Notes under the pieces: model-generated
Database searches by the model: none
The model's input: only the letters and a program-made list of their open reading frames with translations
What the model was told of the DNA's origin: nothing
Position numbers and translations under genes: made by a program
From: Chlorokybus atmophyticus
Lineage: Eukaryota > Plantae > Mesostigma and Chlorokybus algae
NCBI GenBank assembly: GCA_009103225.1
Contig: RHPI01002533.1
Span: forward strand, 1,741,186 to 1,805,185
Reading direction: 5' to 3'
Length of the DNA stretch: 64,000 nt
Shown: piece after piece, positions 1 through 12,689 of the stretch
Layout: every line of letters begins with the position of its first letter
Numbering within the stretch: the first letter of the stretch is position 1

Positions 1-338
1 CACAGCTAGTGAAGTTACTGAACCTCCATGATCGCAAGCCTGCGGCCTGGCATGCAATGGAGATAAAAATGCCTGTAACGCAATCTTGCAAAATGAAAAC
101 TTTAACACCTCTGGGCTGAAGGGCTTTGGGTGCGGTTGTGACAATATGATCTAAATAGTAAAGCAACTGCAAGAAACACAGTAACGAGGCAACACTTGTG
201 TGTATATGCATGCGTGTGCTCTTGCATGTGGACTTTGCATCACTATGGGTGTGTGACAGTAAATGCCACATGTTAACGAATGGCGGCTCCCCTACAGTTC
301 ATTGTCTTATCATGCAGGGACGTATTACACAAGCAACA

Positions 339-364
339 TGTGTGTGTGTGTGTGTGTGTGTGTG
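339..364. repeat. (TG)13 microsatellite
   Basis: Direct reading of the tgtgtg run. Confidence 0.95.
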
Positions 365-1259
365 CGCAAGTGTCTTGACTTGCTGCACTGTGTGCATGCA
401 ATTCTGTGTTGCGTTTTCGTTACTGCCTGCAAGCTCACAATCCTACTGATGCGGTAACCAGTGTGTGAATTGATTGCATTACAGCAATATCAATTTGCAA
501 CCGTTTTCAAACACCTACAAGATTGTAACACACGAATGTTGTTACGTGCTAAGTGGCGCCATTTGCAATCCCGCCGGTGGAACCCTCCGGCAGGAGCGCT
601 GGGACAGCCCAACCCTCACTGTATAACTTCATGTCCTTAGCAGTATGAAATGCTGTGGCTTAAACCAACCCACCAAGACGTCCTAACAGTTAACAAAGCA
701 CTAAGCTGCAACGGACTTGGCTCCCGCCGCCAGCTATGCCCCTCACACCCCCACCCATACCCCCGCCCAAAGCCAGACTCATTTACCACCTACCGCACCT
801 AACTTGTTAACTTGCAACTTACCGATTGCAAGCTTCAGCTACACTCTAAACAGTGCCAACTATTGAGAAGCACTAGTGGTCGGCTGAAACACAACCGCCG
901 CCGCCAACGACGATTACAACACCGCCACCGCCGCTATACCGGAGTGCTACCGCTATGCGGTTCCCCGCCCTTATTTAATGAGAAATAAAGGTCCCAACGG
1001 GATAAACACAGCCATTAAAGTCGTTTTATGGCCTTTATAGTCCCTAATAAGGTGTTATGTTACTTAACACCGATATGGACTTGAGACATGAGTCTCAAGT
1101 CGATATCGGCCGCATGGCGGCGCTGCTAACGCAGCGACCGCCATGGCCAGGGGAGTTTTCAATCCCCTGGCTGCCAGCAGCGGCGGCGGCGACGTGGCTG
1201 TGGTTGGTGGTGTTGGGGTAGGGGATTAAAGGGGGCGGTAGCACCCCCCTCTTTACATT

Positions 1260-1271
1260 TGGTATCGGAGC
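1260..1271 (+). promoter_or_regulatory. Primer binding site (tRNA-iMet-type) of family A element
   Basis: TGGTATCGGAGC, 2 nt after the LTR-terminal CA; matches the canonical TGGTATCAGAGC with one mismatch. Confidence 0.8.
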
Positions 1272-2163
1272 GAGGGCGTGGGGGCCTGGGGGGGCGGCGA
1301 CAGCTTCGGCGGCGGCGGGGCGCAGAGTCGGCAGTCGGCACAACTCAATGCCGACGTCAGACCGGCGGCCTGACAGCGGCGGCAGCGGCGGCAACTAGCA
1401 GCCGCTACCCACTAGGGTGGGTAGTGATAGTTGTAAGCTAGTTGTTGTTGTTGTATAGTTGTATAGTTGTATAGCGCTGCTGTTGGCCTAGCCTAGCCTT
1501 GCCTTGCTTGCTTAGCCTAGCCTAGCTTGCCTGGCCTAGCCTAGCTTGTTAGTGTGAAGGGGAGGCGGCCACTCAGGCAGCCTCACCTCAAGTATTGCAT
1601 CCCAGCACATCACTTGTAACTTAATATCACATATTACTTGTGATTGTGCTCGTAGTTGGGGCTGCCACCACGTGGATTCGTGGTGGTGTAAGGGGGGGTT
1701 GTGGTTGTTTACACTTCTCCCACCCCAAGAAAGCAGTTTAACGCCAACTTGGGCTGTTTTGGCCGCCATTCAGTGCGGTAGGGCCGCCAGATTCAATCTA
1801 AGCGGTCGATATCAAACCCTCGACTCACAACTTGTTGATATTGGCCTGTAGGGCTAATTCAACGAGAGTTTGGCAACTTTTGTGTCATTTACAATCGTGA
1901 GTTGAGCAGGGTTGTACAAAGTGCAAACTTTGAGTTGTTGTAGCTTGTGAACCGTTGCGTGGATTCGCGTGTGGTTTGTTTACAGGCGAGTGTCTTGTTG
2001 AGAGGTGTTGGGCAGTCATGTTATGGGCTGTTTAACCCAAGTATAGCACCTTAAAATCAACGAAAAAGAAGCAACAAATTTTGACACTTTCAGAGTGCAC
2101 AACTCGTGTGCTTGTGCACTCGTGCACTTGCAGACTTCTTGACGGCTTGTCTCCTTGGGCAGG

Positions 2164-3593
2164 ATGTCTCACCAAGGAGAGGAAGGAGGGATGTATCCCG
2201 TACCTGAGGATTCGTCCTATGAGCCATCAAGTGATGAGGAAGTGAAGCACTTAAAAACGAGTGGTGGTTACAGTGTTATTGAGGAGGAAGAAGCCAAGTC
2301 CAAGAGTGGTGAAGCTTCTTCAAAGAAGTCCTCTCATGATGACCAACCTATGGACGCTCAGAGCATCATCGGGGTGGCCATAGCGAAGTACGCAACAGAG
2401 CTTGAAGCTCTTCTTGCTGCACACCCCCAGCTTCGCAAGGAAGTGTGGGATGAGTGGGCGCAGCAAGTCCGTAACGCATATGAGACGGACTTCGCGGCAC
2501 TCCCCCGCGCAAGCAAGGAGATGGTGATTCGCATGATCGAGCACGAGGTGACGCGTAATGTACCGCAACTCATGCACAGATTCGGCAGTGGCCACTCTTA
2601 TGGCTACTTATGACAAACCAGGCCCGTATTTAGGCCAGAGGTTGGCGTTCGAGGCTCTCGCCTTATTGACGGTGGAAACTCAGCAGCGTTGCAAGGACCT
2701 CTTCTGGTACTTAAGGCCTGAGCTGGAGGAGAAGTTAGCTCGAGAAGAGCGCTCGACTGCACGCCTCGATGCTATGCAGTCCGAGTTGGTGGCATTACGC
2801 TAGCAGGTGGCCGGGGCTACCACAACTGTAGCAGGGACATCAGTTGGCCTACCCGTCACAGCGCTGAACAAGCCCGAGAAGTTCAAACCCAATGGGGCTG
2901 TGAACATTCATGATTGGGTGGTGAATGTAAAGCGCTACTTGGCTGCACTTCAGCAACCAGTTAGTGAGCATACATCTGTTGCTGAGTTGCTCATGCCACC
3001 TGACGCTTTGGCCAAGTGGGCGCGTCAAACGGAGGATGGTGCTTCCAAGACTGTAGAGGCATTGTTTCATTTCTTGGTGGCATGGACCCGACTGCTGCTG
3101 CTCGCATCAAGCTTTACCGGTTTGCGCAGAATGGTCGGGCGGCTTCAGTGTACTTGCAGGAGTTTCAGGCACTTGTTGGCCGTGTTAACAGTGGGCTCAT
3201 GCCCATGGACAAGGCTGAGCAGTTTGACCTGTACAAGCGCGGCTTGGATGCGCGCTTGCGCGACCAGTTGTAGTACAACACGTCAACGGGGCAACCGTGG
3301 ATTCCCGCGGACCTCGCAACCTTGCAGAGGTTGAGTGTGTATCTGTTCAACGACATTGCTGCGGCTGTGCAGGACAAGTCACAGGTGGTGGCTTCAGTCA
3401 AGCCACATCGGGGAGGGGGGAAGCGGTTCCCTCCACAAAGTGCGCATGCGGCGAAAAAGGCCAAAACCGCATACGCACCTGCGAGTGATGCTACGCTTAT
3501 TGCAGCACGCGCCTGCTACGTGTGCCATCAGCCAGGTCACATTGCGAGAACTGCCCAACCCAGGGAAAGGGCAAGGCCAAGAAGGTTGAATAG
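2164..3593 (+). pseudogene. gag: gag pseudogene (capsid-like region plus CCHC zinc knuckle)
   Basis: ORF fragments 2155-2613, 2558-2803, 2807-3334, 3016-3273 and 3322-3606 align with family B Gag (KPEKF/RPAEF, LRQNGR..Y.Q.FQ, LF.RGLD). Zinc knuckle CYVCHQPGHIAR(N)C. Confidence 0.85.
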
Positions 3594-6500
3594 GATTACG
3601 TCGTGACTGATGTACCTTCATTTAGTGGCCAGTTGCTAGTGTTACATGCAGCAAACTGGTTTAATGAATTGTCTCGTGTACACGTAATGACACATGCATG
3701 GCAAGCACATGATGAGCTGCCACTTTTTGATAGTGGAAAAGCGGATGACCAGGCTTGTGTGCTAGTGCATGTAGAATTTAACATGCTACCAGAAGTTTTG
3801 CGCACATTGTGTGAGTTATAAAATAAACACACGATTCTGAGTGTGGTTGTCATTGTGCCGAAGTATCATGGACTGTGGCTAAAGCATACTCGGGGGGGGA
3901 CTGTGTTTAAACAATTCACAAAGCGTGAGACAGGGACATTGCGGTTTTCAGCAATATTGATTAACCCGCGCATCAGTCAAGGAATCTTGGCTACTTTCAA
4001 GGGCGAGTAGTATCTTTATTGTGGACCTTCATAGGCACGGCACAGAGTATTACTAGCTCGTTCTTGGTTGACACCGGGGCAACGCATAACTTCGTCGAAG
4101 AAAAATGGGTTATGCACAATAAGATAGCGTGTAACACCTCAGCATTCTCAGCTACTGGTGCTAGGGGTACGTTATCGGTAAAAGGTGAAATCAAGTTGAA
4201 AGTTAAGATTGGTAGTTATCAAGCAAAATTAACTTTCATCGTAGTACCCATTGACATAGTTGGTGTTGATGTGGTATTTGGCCAAGAATGGCAGAATGAA
4301 GTGTTTATGACATTGGATACTGCTGCACGACTGTGCACAGTAAAGAAGGGGCGTAAGCGCATCACTTTGTCCGTGCAGAGGTCGGATAGCTTGGAATACA
4401 AGCAAACAGACCCTGCGTTACTTACGGCGCTTTAAGTGAAGCGTGCGTTACATAAAAACACACCTGCTTTTCTAATGCACTTAACGTCGAATGATGATAT
4501 AGTGCCTGGCAATATAAAAGGTGTGGCGGACATCATTGAGAAATTTCAAGATGTGTTCTCAGATGAGTTGCCGGGCTTACCCCCTGATCGAGGTGTCGAA
4601 CACACAATACCTTTACTTCCTGATAGTGAGCCTCCAGTTCGGCCTATATACAAGTTGAGCCCTCGTGAGAGGGGGGAAATGGAAACAGAGATAGAAGAGT
4701 TATTGGAAAAGGGATTGATTGAACCAAGTTCTTCACCGTTTGGCGCACCCATATTGTTTGTTATGAAAAAGAATGGGAAGTTGCGCATGTGTGTGGATTA
4801 CCGTGCTCTGAATAAGATCACGGTAAAGATCAGATACCCGTTGCCAAGAATTGATGATGTGTTTGACAAGTTGTCAGGGAATGCGTACTTTAGTACGCTA
4901 GACTTGACAAGCTGCTAACATCAAATCCGGATTCATCCTTTTGATGTCTATAAGACAGCATTCCGGACACCTACGGGCCATTATCAATACAAAGTGTTAC
5001 CTTTTGGATTGACTAATGCACCCGCTGTGTTTCAGAAGGAAATGAGTAAAATGTTTTGTGACATGCTTGGTCAACATGTCAGGATATACTTGGATGACAT
5101 CATTGTATTTAGTAAAACAAAGGAAGAACATAGGCAACACTTGGAAGCGGTGTTTGCAAAATTGCACAAGCATCGTTTGTTGGCAAATCTCACCAAGTGT
5201 GATTTCTGTGGAACGGAGTTGCCCTTTCTTGGTCACATTGTGAGTGGTGCGGGTATCAAACCTGACCCTCGCAACGTGCAAATTGTGAAAGAGTGGCCCC
5301 AACCTCAGAATATCCATCAACTACGTCCTTTCTAGGGTTGGCAAACTATTTTCGCAAGTTCATGATGGGGTACTCGACAGTTGTCATGCCTTTGATTAAA
5401 CTGTTGCATAAAGATGCCCCGTTCACTTGGACAACATCACAAGAAGTTGCTATGCAGAAGGTGAAGTTGGCTTTAACATCGGCGCCGGTGTTAGCACTGC
5501 CCAATTGGGACAAACACTTCACAGTGGTCAGTGACGCATCAACACTTGGGTGTGGTGCGGTACTATTGCAAGATGGTAGACCTTGTGCTTATGAGAGTAG
5601 GAAGTTCATTCCTGCAGAGGTGAACTACACTACGACAGAGCAAGAACTATTGGGTATAATTCATACTCTCGAGACATGGAGATGTTACTTAGAGGGTGTT
5701 CAATTCACTGTTGTGACTGATCACAACCCGTTGGTGTAGTTCTCTACACAGCAAAACTTGTCGAGACGGCAAGCGCGCTGGAATGAGTTTTTGTCCAGGT
5801 TCACCTTTGATTGGGTGTATCGGCCGAACAGAACTGATGTGGCTGACCCTTTAAGTCGCTGCCCGTCATTACTGTCGGTGTTGCGCGCGCAGTTACTCGC
5901 GACACGCAGCACATTGTCTTCCAATGATTTGTGGAAACTGTTGTACAGGGGTACACTTTGGACTCGTGGTTTTCTAATGCAAACAACTTGCGAAAATTTA
6001 ACAAACGTGACAATCTGTATCACATGAGCAGCAGTTTGGCGATCCCGAATCATGCTGAACTGCGTGTAAAATGCATAGCGGATGTACATGATCCACCTTA
6101 CGCTGGACACTTTGGTACTCGCAAGACCACTAAGGCAGCGCAACAGTTGTATTGGTGGCCATCGTTGCCTGCTGATGTGAAGCGGTATGTGGACACGTGT
6201 GACAAATGTCAACGTGACAAACCGTTACGTCAAAAGCCCGCTGGGCTACTGCGGCCGTTACCAGTTCCTGACAGTAAGTGGGAAAGTGTGAGTATGGACC
6301 TTATCACTGAGCTCCCTGAGACAGCGTTGGGTCATACTGCGGTTGCAGTGTTTGTGGATCGTTTGACCAAAGTAGTTCACATTGTTCCTTGCCGTACGGA
6401 GCTAGGCTCCCGTGGTGTAGCAATGGTTTTTGTCGCGTCAGTGTTCAAGTTGCATGGCTTGCCTCACAATATTATCTCTGACCGTGACCCGAGGTTTGTG

Positions 6501-7200
6501 GCTTAGTTTTGAAAGTCGCTATGCAAACTCCTGCAGATACAACAGCACATGAGTATCGCTTATCATCCGCAGACTGATGGTCAGACTGAACGCACCAATT
6601 AAGTGATTGAGGAAACCATTCGGCATTATGTGAGTCCGAATCAGTCTGATGGGATATTTATCTTCCAATGGCTGAGTTCGCGATTAACAATGCAAGAGAG
6701 CGTGCAGGAAACTCCGTTCTTCTTAGATTACGGAGTGCATCCACAAAGTCCTGCGAGTATTAAGTTGCCAGCTAACGACTTGACTCGCGTGCCTGTAGCG
6801 CGCGAGATGGCTGCGGCCATGCAAGACAGGTTAGCATTTGCAAAGAGCTGTCTGCGCGCAGCGCAAGACCGACAGACATCTTAAGCTGATAAGCATCGTA
6901 GGCATGGGGCCCGACTATGACGTGGGCAATTCGGTGCTTTCAAGCACTAAAACCATATCTATCAAGGGAGTGGGTACCCGCAAATTTTCCCTCGCTGGAT
7001 AGGCCCTTTCAAAGTGGTTGATCGGGTCGGCACTCACACGTATCGTTTGGACTTACCACATTCCAAACGAATACATGATGTGTTTCATGTGAGTTTACTG
7101 AAACCGTACCGTTTAAATGGTCGGGTTCAACCTCCTCCACCCCCAGTCGCAGTGGATGGCGATGATACTTTTTAGTATGAGGAGGAAAAAATCCAGAAGC
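3594..7200 (+). pseudogene. pol: pol pseudogene (extra N-terminal domain, PR, RT, RH, IN, partial chromodomain)
   Basis: [70 protein letters not shown]; interrupted by stops and frameshifts. Confidence 0.92.
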
Positions 7201-7986
7201 GCATAGAAGCGCATCATACTATGCAAAAGCATATCATAACTTCAATAACGTGGGCACTTCATTAACCTTTGCATCTTTGCTCCAATGCATTAAAACAGAT
7301 AAAAAATTCCACGGACATTGCGTACATACATGTTGATCTTTTAAATCTACAAGCTCAGCTGATAGCGTTGACTGCAGTATTGTATGTTTATATGATACTA
7401 AGTATACCCGATAGTTATTTATTGGATTGGAAAAGATGAGCATCAGTTGGTGGTCTTCCATGTTCATTACGGATGCTACCATGTACTTATCTTTTTTATG
7501 CATACTTAATGCGTAAGGAATTACTGAGTTCAAATACCATTTCCACTTGTATGCGTACCATGTGAACATACGCGCCAACGCTTATCGTCACATTGTGTTG
7601 CAATAACATTTACGCATACGGCTCGTTGATAAGTATACATGTAAGCTGCAAGATTTTGTTGTGCAAGAGTCTATAGCACGGTGTATTATTTTATGAAGTC
7701 ATATGGAGGTAGTGGTTAGTTGTAGTTTGTAAAAATAATTCAACAGCAAGAGTATAAAAATGAACATATGTGTAATATACTGCGTTGCCGTTTTACTATT
7801 GCAGTAAAACGGCAACGCAGTATATTACACATATCACGACCTTGCATACTGCCTTGCTCAAATGTTGGGTAGTAGTTTAAAAGTTCATGCACCATCAGTT
7901 GAGACCGTAAACCTACGGTGATCAACTTATCGGCAATCATGTACTTAACTATATATTAATATTGAGTGATTAATTCGTGTATGCCG

Positions 7987-7990
<4 letters not shown>

Positions 7991-8020
<30 letters not shown>
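7991..8020. repeat. (AT)15 microsatellite
   Basis: Direct reading. Confidence 0.95.
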
Positions 8021-8022
<2 letters not shown>

Positions 8023-8023
<1 letters not shown>

Positions 8024-8310
8024 ACCTCTTATATCACGAGAGCTACTCCGACAGAGTTGCTCTCATACCGCGACAGCAACTCCGACGGAGTAGCTCTCGC
8101 GGTATGAGAGGTAGCGCCCAATCACTTAGGGTTTCTCGCCTTGGCAGCCATAGCCTTGGCAGCCATAGCCAGAAACCCTAATGTTTAGGGGCGCGTTGGC
8201 GTTGGCGTTGGCGGCGTTGGCAGGGGCAGAGACGGTGTTGGGGCTTAAAGGGGTGTAGGAGTTTGAGAAGCGGTGCCTCCGTTGGTGGGGACATGGTGGA
8301 TTGGGGCGGC
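8023..8310 (+). repeat. LTR-like fragment beginning with a ~39-bp-stem imperfect hairpin (8023-8113)
   Basis: tacctcttatatcacgagagctactccgacagagttgct pairs imperfectly with agcaactccgacggagtagctctcgcggtatgagaggta. Downstream gccatagccag and ggtgttgggg..ttaaagggg weakly echo the family A LTR. Confidence 0.4.
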
Positions 8311-10307
8311 GTGGGCGTGGGCGCCAGGGGCTGGTGCAGCAGCATGGGGGGGTCAAAGCGCAAATCGACCAGGTTTGTTTTGTGTTGTGGGTAGTGTTTG
8401 TTATTGCAATGCTTGCTTCTGATTGCTGCTGCTGCTGTCGCTGCTAACTGTCACTGCTATAGCAGCAGCACCATCTTCCTTGTAGTTGATTGCTGCGCAC
8501 AGCAACTTGTGTGTGCAGCAATCAACTGGTTGCTGAATTGCTGTGTGTTATGTCCTAGTAGCTAACAATAGCTACTAGGACATAACACACAGCAATTCAG
8601 CAACCTTGTCACTAATTGCAGTTGATTGCTGCGCACCGCAACTTGTGTGCGCAGCAATTGACTTGTGGCTGAATTGAAGTTGCTGCGCTGTTGTTAACTT
8701 GTTATGACATTGCTGCTAGTTGCTAGTTGTTGTTAATTGCTACGTACAGCAACTTGTGTGTGCAGCAATTAACTCGTTGATGTTGTGCAACTCTCAGAGG
8801 AGGCTCCGCGCAGTAACCTGGTTAGTTATTGTAGTCAATTGCTGCGCACAGAAATTGCTCTGAAATTGAGCTGCGCTGTTACTCAATTGCTGTGTTGAAG
8901 TTGCTACTAGTTACTATTTGTAGTTGCTATACCTTGCTTGTTGTTGTACATTGCTGGTAGCTGTATCTTGCTATCGGCACAGCCACCAGCAACACCTTGT
9001 TGTTAAGTGCTATTGCCGTTGTAGACAATGGATTAATGGTGTATACTGCTATGCAGTGCAAACAAGGACACTCTAGAGGGGGAGAAAGCACAGGAGGACA
9101 CTACTCCGCGCAGATCAAAGCATTTACGTCTGCCCCCATCATTTCAGTACGCCTCCTGCTGCTCCTTGTCCTGCTGCTAAGATCTTGGAACTCGAAAATC
9201 TTGGAGTTCTTGACCTTGGAGGTCCAAGATCTTAGACCTCCCTTAGCTGCCTGCTCTTAGAGGTTTAAGCATACATGGTGGCAGCACTGACAAAGAATAC
9301 TCGTATGTCAATGATAAAATTTAAAGAGGGGTTGGACACAGCCTACCCTACTTGAAGGTATATGTGCTAACCAGGCAATGATGCGACCGCCATAGCAAAT
9401 GGACGCACACAACCCGGTGCTGGCATGCTTCTCGGCACTCAAAGAAGCGCAGCGCAAAGCGAAGGGGTGGAAGACAAAGCGGAGGACAGAGGGAGTAGAC
9501 AGAGCGAGTCTGTCCATCCTGTGTTCAACCCCACCTCCTGTTGTACAAGAAGTAACAGCGCCGATTTGCTGAATCGATAGGATAGCGCGTGTGCGCTGCA
9601 ACGCGCAGAGTTCCTAGCCATTATAGAGCGTGGAGCGGCGACGGCAGCGGCGATGCCAGGCTAGGCGCCCGTGCCCATTCAATTGGCACCAATAATTGGT
9701 CTAGCCTCTTGCGACCTTTGCTTAATGCTTGCTTGCTTGCTTGCTGGTTATTGCATATGCTGCATAGTATGCTACGCATTGCCTAACGGACTTGCATTCG
9801 CATCATGCATTCACGGCTATTACCTGTGTAAGCATGGATGCATATGCATTGCATCGTTTCAATGTGACTAGTCTTGCTGTTGTGCTTGTTCGAAGGGGCT
9901 CAGGGCAGGCATGGTTGGAACTCCATTTGCTTCATTGTGTGGAGTTCTCCAAATTCATAGCGATCCTGGCTTCTACCTAGCTATAGCATGTTTATTGCGT
10001 TATCGAGTGATTGTTGTATTTGTGACATTGCATATGCACGTAGGTTTGCATGTGCGAATTGCCTCTTGAATCTTTTGTGCACACCACACAGTAATCAACT
10101 TACTAAGTCAACGTGTTGTTGATTAACAAGGCCACATCTTATACAACACCATTAATGCAAATATTAAATGCATAGCATAAATTGGTAATAGTGGCAGTTC
10201 CGCCGTCCTGAGCATCGCAGTTGCAAGCTGCTGTTGATGTTTGTTCCACTGTTGCCAGTGCTACTGTTTCCTTACGTCTTATTCGGTCACAATTTATACG
10301 CTCCTAT

Positions 10308-12376
10308 CACACGGATTGACGTTCAAGGACCATGAATGGTCCGTGACGCAGGACCGGGATTTCCCCCTGCTAAATGAAATCGGTAGACCTTGCATGGTCT
10401 GTTTTTCATCGACAGTCGGACCATTCATGGTCCGAATTTCACGTGAATGGTACCATTGTCCCTTGGTACGCACCACTTAAGGTCCGGCCGATTACTGTTG
10501 CGTCAGGACCAGGTATGGTCCGGCCATCGGACCAGGGACTAAATCATATCATTACAAAACTTCAATTATAACTGGTCCGGCCAGCGGACCATGGACCGAA
10601 ATTATTATGGACCAATGTAAATATGAGTGCAAATGCAGTAAAAGTTGACACATCTTTGCCGGCGGCACCGGCCACGCCCAACCTGCGGCGCACGAGGCCG
10701 CGGCCAGCTCCGCGGCGTTAGTGGAATGATTAGTCAAGAACACACGCATCGACCAGATTCGAACCCAGCACCTTTAGCATATCACAGACGACGCCATAAC
10801 CACTAAGCTACAAGTGCACGTACCGGTAGGGTCGCAGGGCAACCTATATCATGTAGTTTATTGCATGCGCCGACAGCCGCTTGGCGACTGTCGGCCGGCG
10901 GCAGTAATTGCCGATGGACAGTCGGAGATTGTGTGTCGCTTTGATAGGCCCACAGGCTGAGCCTATGCAATTGTAGCATCTATAGGCTGTACCAGTTACA
11001 TGGACGGTGGTAAACTACATACCGGTAGCCGCGAACTCGGCGGTTGTCAATACGCCAGTACAATTTGTAGACTTGTTAGGGGCTGTCATTGTGACAATGC
11101 TTAGTGATAGTAGCCAAATTGCGACTGTCAATGCAGCCAGTGTACCTTATCGGGCTGTCGATGATTCTGTGATCGCATGAGGCTTTTATATGCCATTGAT
11201 GAGGTTATACCAGTAAGGCTATAAGTCATAACATCTGACATTGCTTGCGCTTTCGTTTTATACAAAATATTAAAACCAATCATACCATAAACTACGCTTA
11301 GCAATGCAACATGCGAACAGCATCAACATATGTATTCATGGTATGATGTTAACGGTTGTGAACATTATGATAATGTAATAACCAACGAATTATACTTAAT
11401 GCAATTAACACGCGCAATGCATGGATGTAAATTTGATATAGTTATTATTTTAGACTATGTAATTGTACAGTAGTCATAACACTTTGTACAATCATATTTT
11501 CATACATTATTTAAGATGTATATAATTTTGCATATGAAAGGTCTAATGCACATGTGTACGCGCATCAATATACTTACAACAATGTATGTACATGAAATGA
11601 TAGATATGAAGTAATTGCACGGCTGCAGATTGCGGCCGCAATACGTCAACAATTTCTGCTTGTATACCTTAAGCCTATTCCTACATGCACACACACACAC
11701 GTATATTTGTCAACATATATATACATATGCATGTATACATATATATATATGTGTGTATATATACACATATATTTATATGTATACACATATCCATTTATAC
11801 ATATATAGGCCACAAGTGGACAGCCGCAACTGGTCGGCGGCTGTCAAGTTAAAATGTACATGGACAGCCGGCTGTCAATATACATTGACAGCCGCCGACC
11901 ATTTGCGACTGTCCACTTTATGGTAAGCAGCGACAGTCGGTGCGGCCTGTCATTTATTAAATGATACACACAATGTACCTATGTACTCGTACATGCAATA
12001 ACGATACTTCAGTCATGGTACACGTGTAGCGCGCCCTGCAGGGCCGCCAACCAGCAACATTGCTGGTCCATGCCGCCCCATACATGGTGCGGCACGGACC
12101 ATGTACGGTGCGCGGCTGCCGGGCCGCTGAGCCGCGGGCCCACTCCTGGTCCGCATCCAGGAACCAGCGTAGAGTACTAATCCGTGCCGCACCATACAAG
12201 GTGCGGCACGGACCATATGTGGTGCGCGACTGCGCGCCAGGTGTTGGGGCCCCACAAGAACCATGGACGGTCCGTCCCTCGCGGACCAGACACTCGTGGT
12301 CCGCGGGGACGGACCATGTATGGCCCGCGGGGTCCGTGGAAGGACCATGCATGGTCCCCGAACGTCAATCCGTGTG
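10308..12376. mobile_element. Non-autonomous TIR DNA transposon, CACTA/CMC-like (2069 bp)
   Basis: 17-bp perfect TIR CACACGGATTGACGTTC, extending to ~35 bp with 3 mismatches. 3-bp TSD TAT at 10305-10307 and 12377-12379. Many subterminal ggaccatg/catggtcc motifs at both ends. No transposase ORF. Confidence 0.85.
10746..10817 (-). pseudogene. tRNA-derived sequence (His GTG-like pseudo-tRNA or SINE head)
   Basis: Minus strand GCACTTGTAGCTTAGTGGTTATGGCGTCGTCTGTGATATGCTAAAGGTGCTGGGTTCGAATCTGGTCGATGC carries an A-box (TAGCTTAGTGG) and B-box (GGTTCGAATC) at tRNA spacing. Stems pair poorly. Confidence 0.55.
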
Positions 12377-12689
12377 TATGTGTTTGACAACAAAATTAAC
12401 GCAAACACTAGATGCATAGCACAAAACGATCACGGTGGCATTGCCGCCTACCTGAGCAAAGGAGCTGTCAGCTGCTTTTGATGGTGGTTCCACTGTTGCG
12501 AGTGCTACTGTTTTCTCACGTCTTGTGCGGTCACAATGTACACACTCCCAGATGTCAATTGGTTGAAATTTCAGGTAATTGATGATGAAGCGAAACGCTT
12601 TTTCCTCTCCTCAGTCAGGAACGAGCTTCCCATTGTAGGCTCTCTGCAGCAAACGTCACTTTTAGCTCCTTCATTGACAAGGTGCCGTG

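Larger units (their letters stand above)
930..7200 (+). mobile_element. Decayed Ty3/Gypsy chromovirus LTR retrotransposon (family A); 5' LTR present, 3' LTR not found
   Basis: LTR-like segment ends ...TTTACA at 1257 and resembles the family B LTR 3' end (ggtgttggggtag.ggatt.aagggg). PBS tggtatcggagc at 1260-1271. Then gag, protease (DTG), RT (YLDD), RNase H, integrase and the start of a chromodomain, with many stops and frameshifts. LTR 5' boundary not resolved. Confidence 0.93.

Noticed and set aside
8126-8181. TTAGGGTTT / AAACCCTAA telomere-like motifs
   Set aside because: Single isolated units with no array.
12050-12360. CRISPR-like array (recurring ggaccat motifs)
   Set aside because: Repeats are short, occur in both orientations with irregular spacing, and are explained as transposon subterminal repeats; eukaryotic context and no cas genes.
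12560-12620. BTB/KCTD-like KAFRFIINYLK peptide
   Set aside because: Too short, preceded by a stop, and the rest of the domain is not visible.
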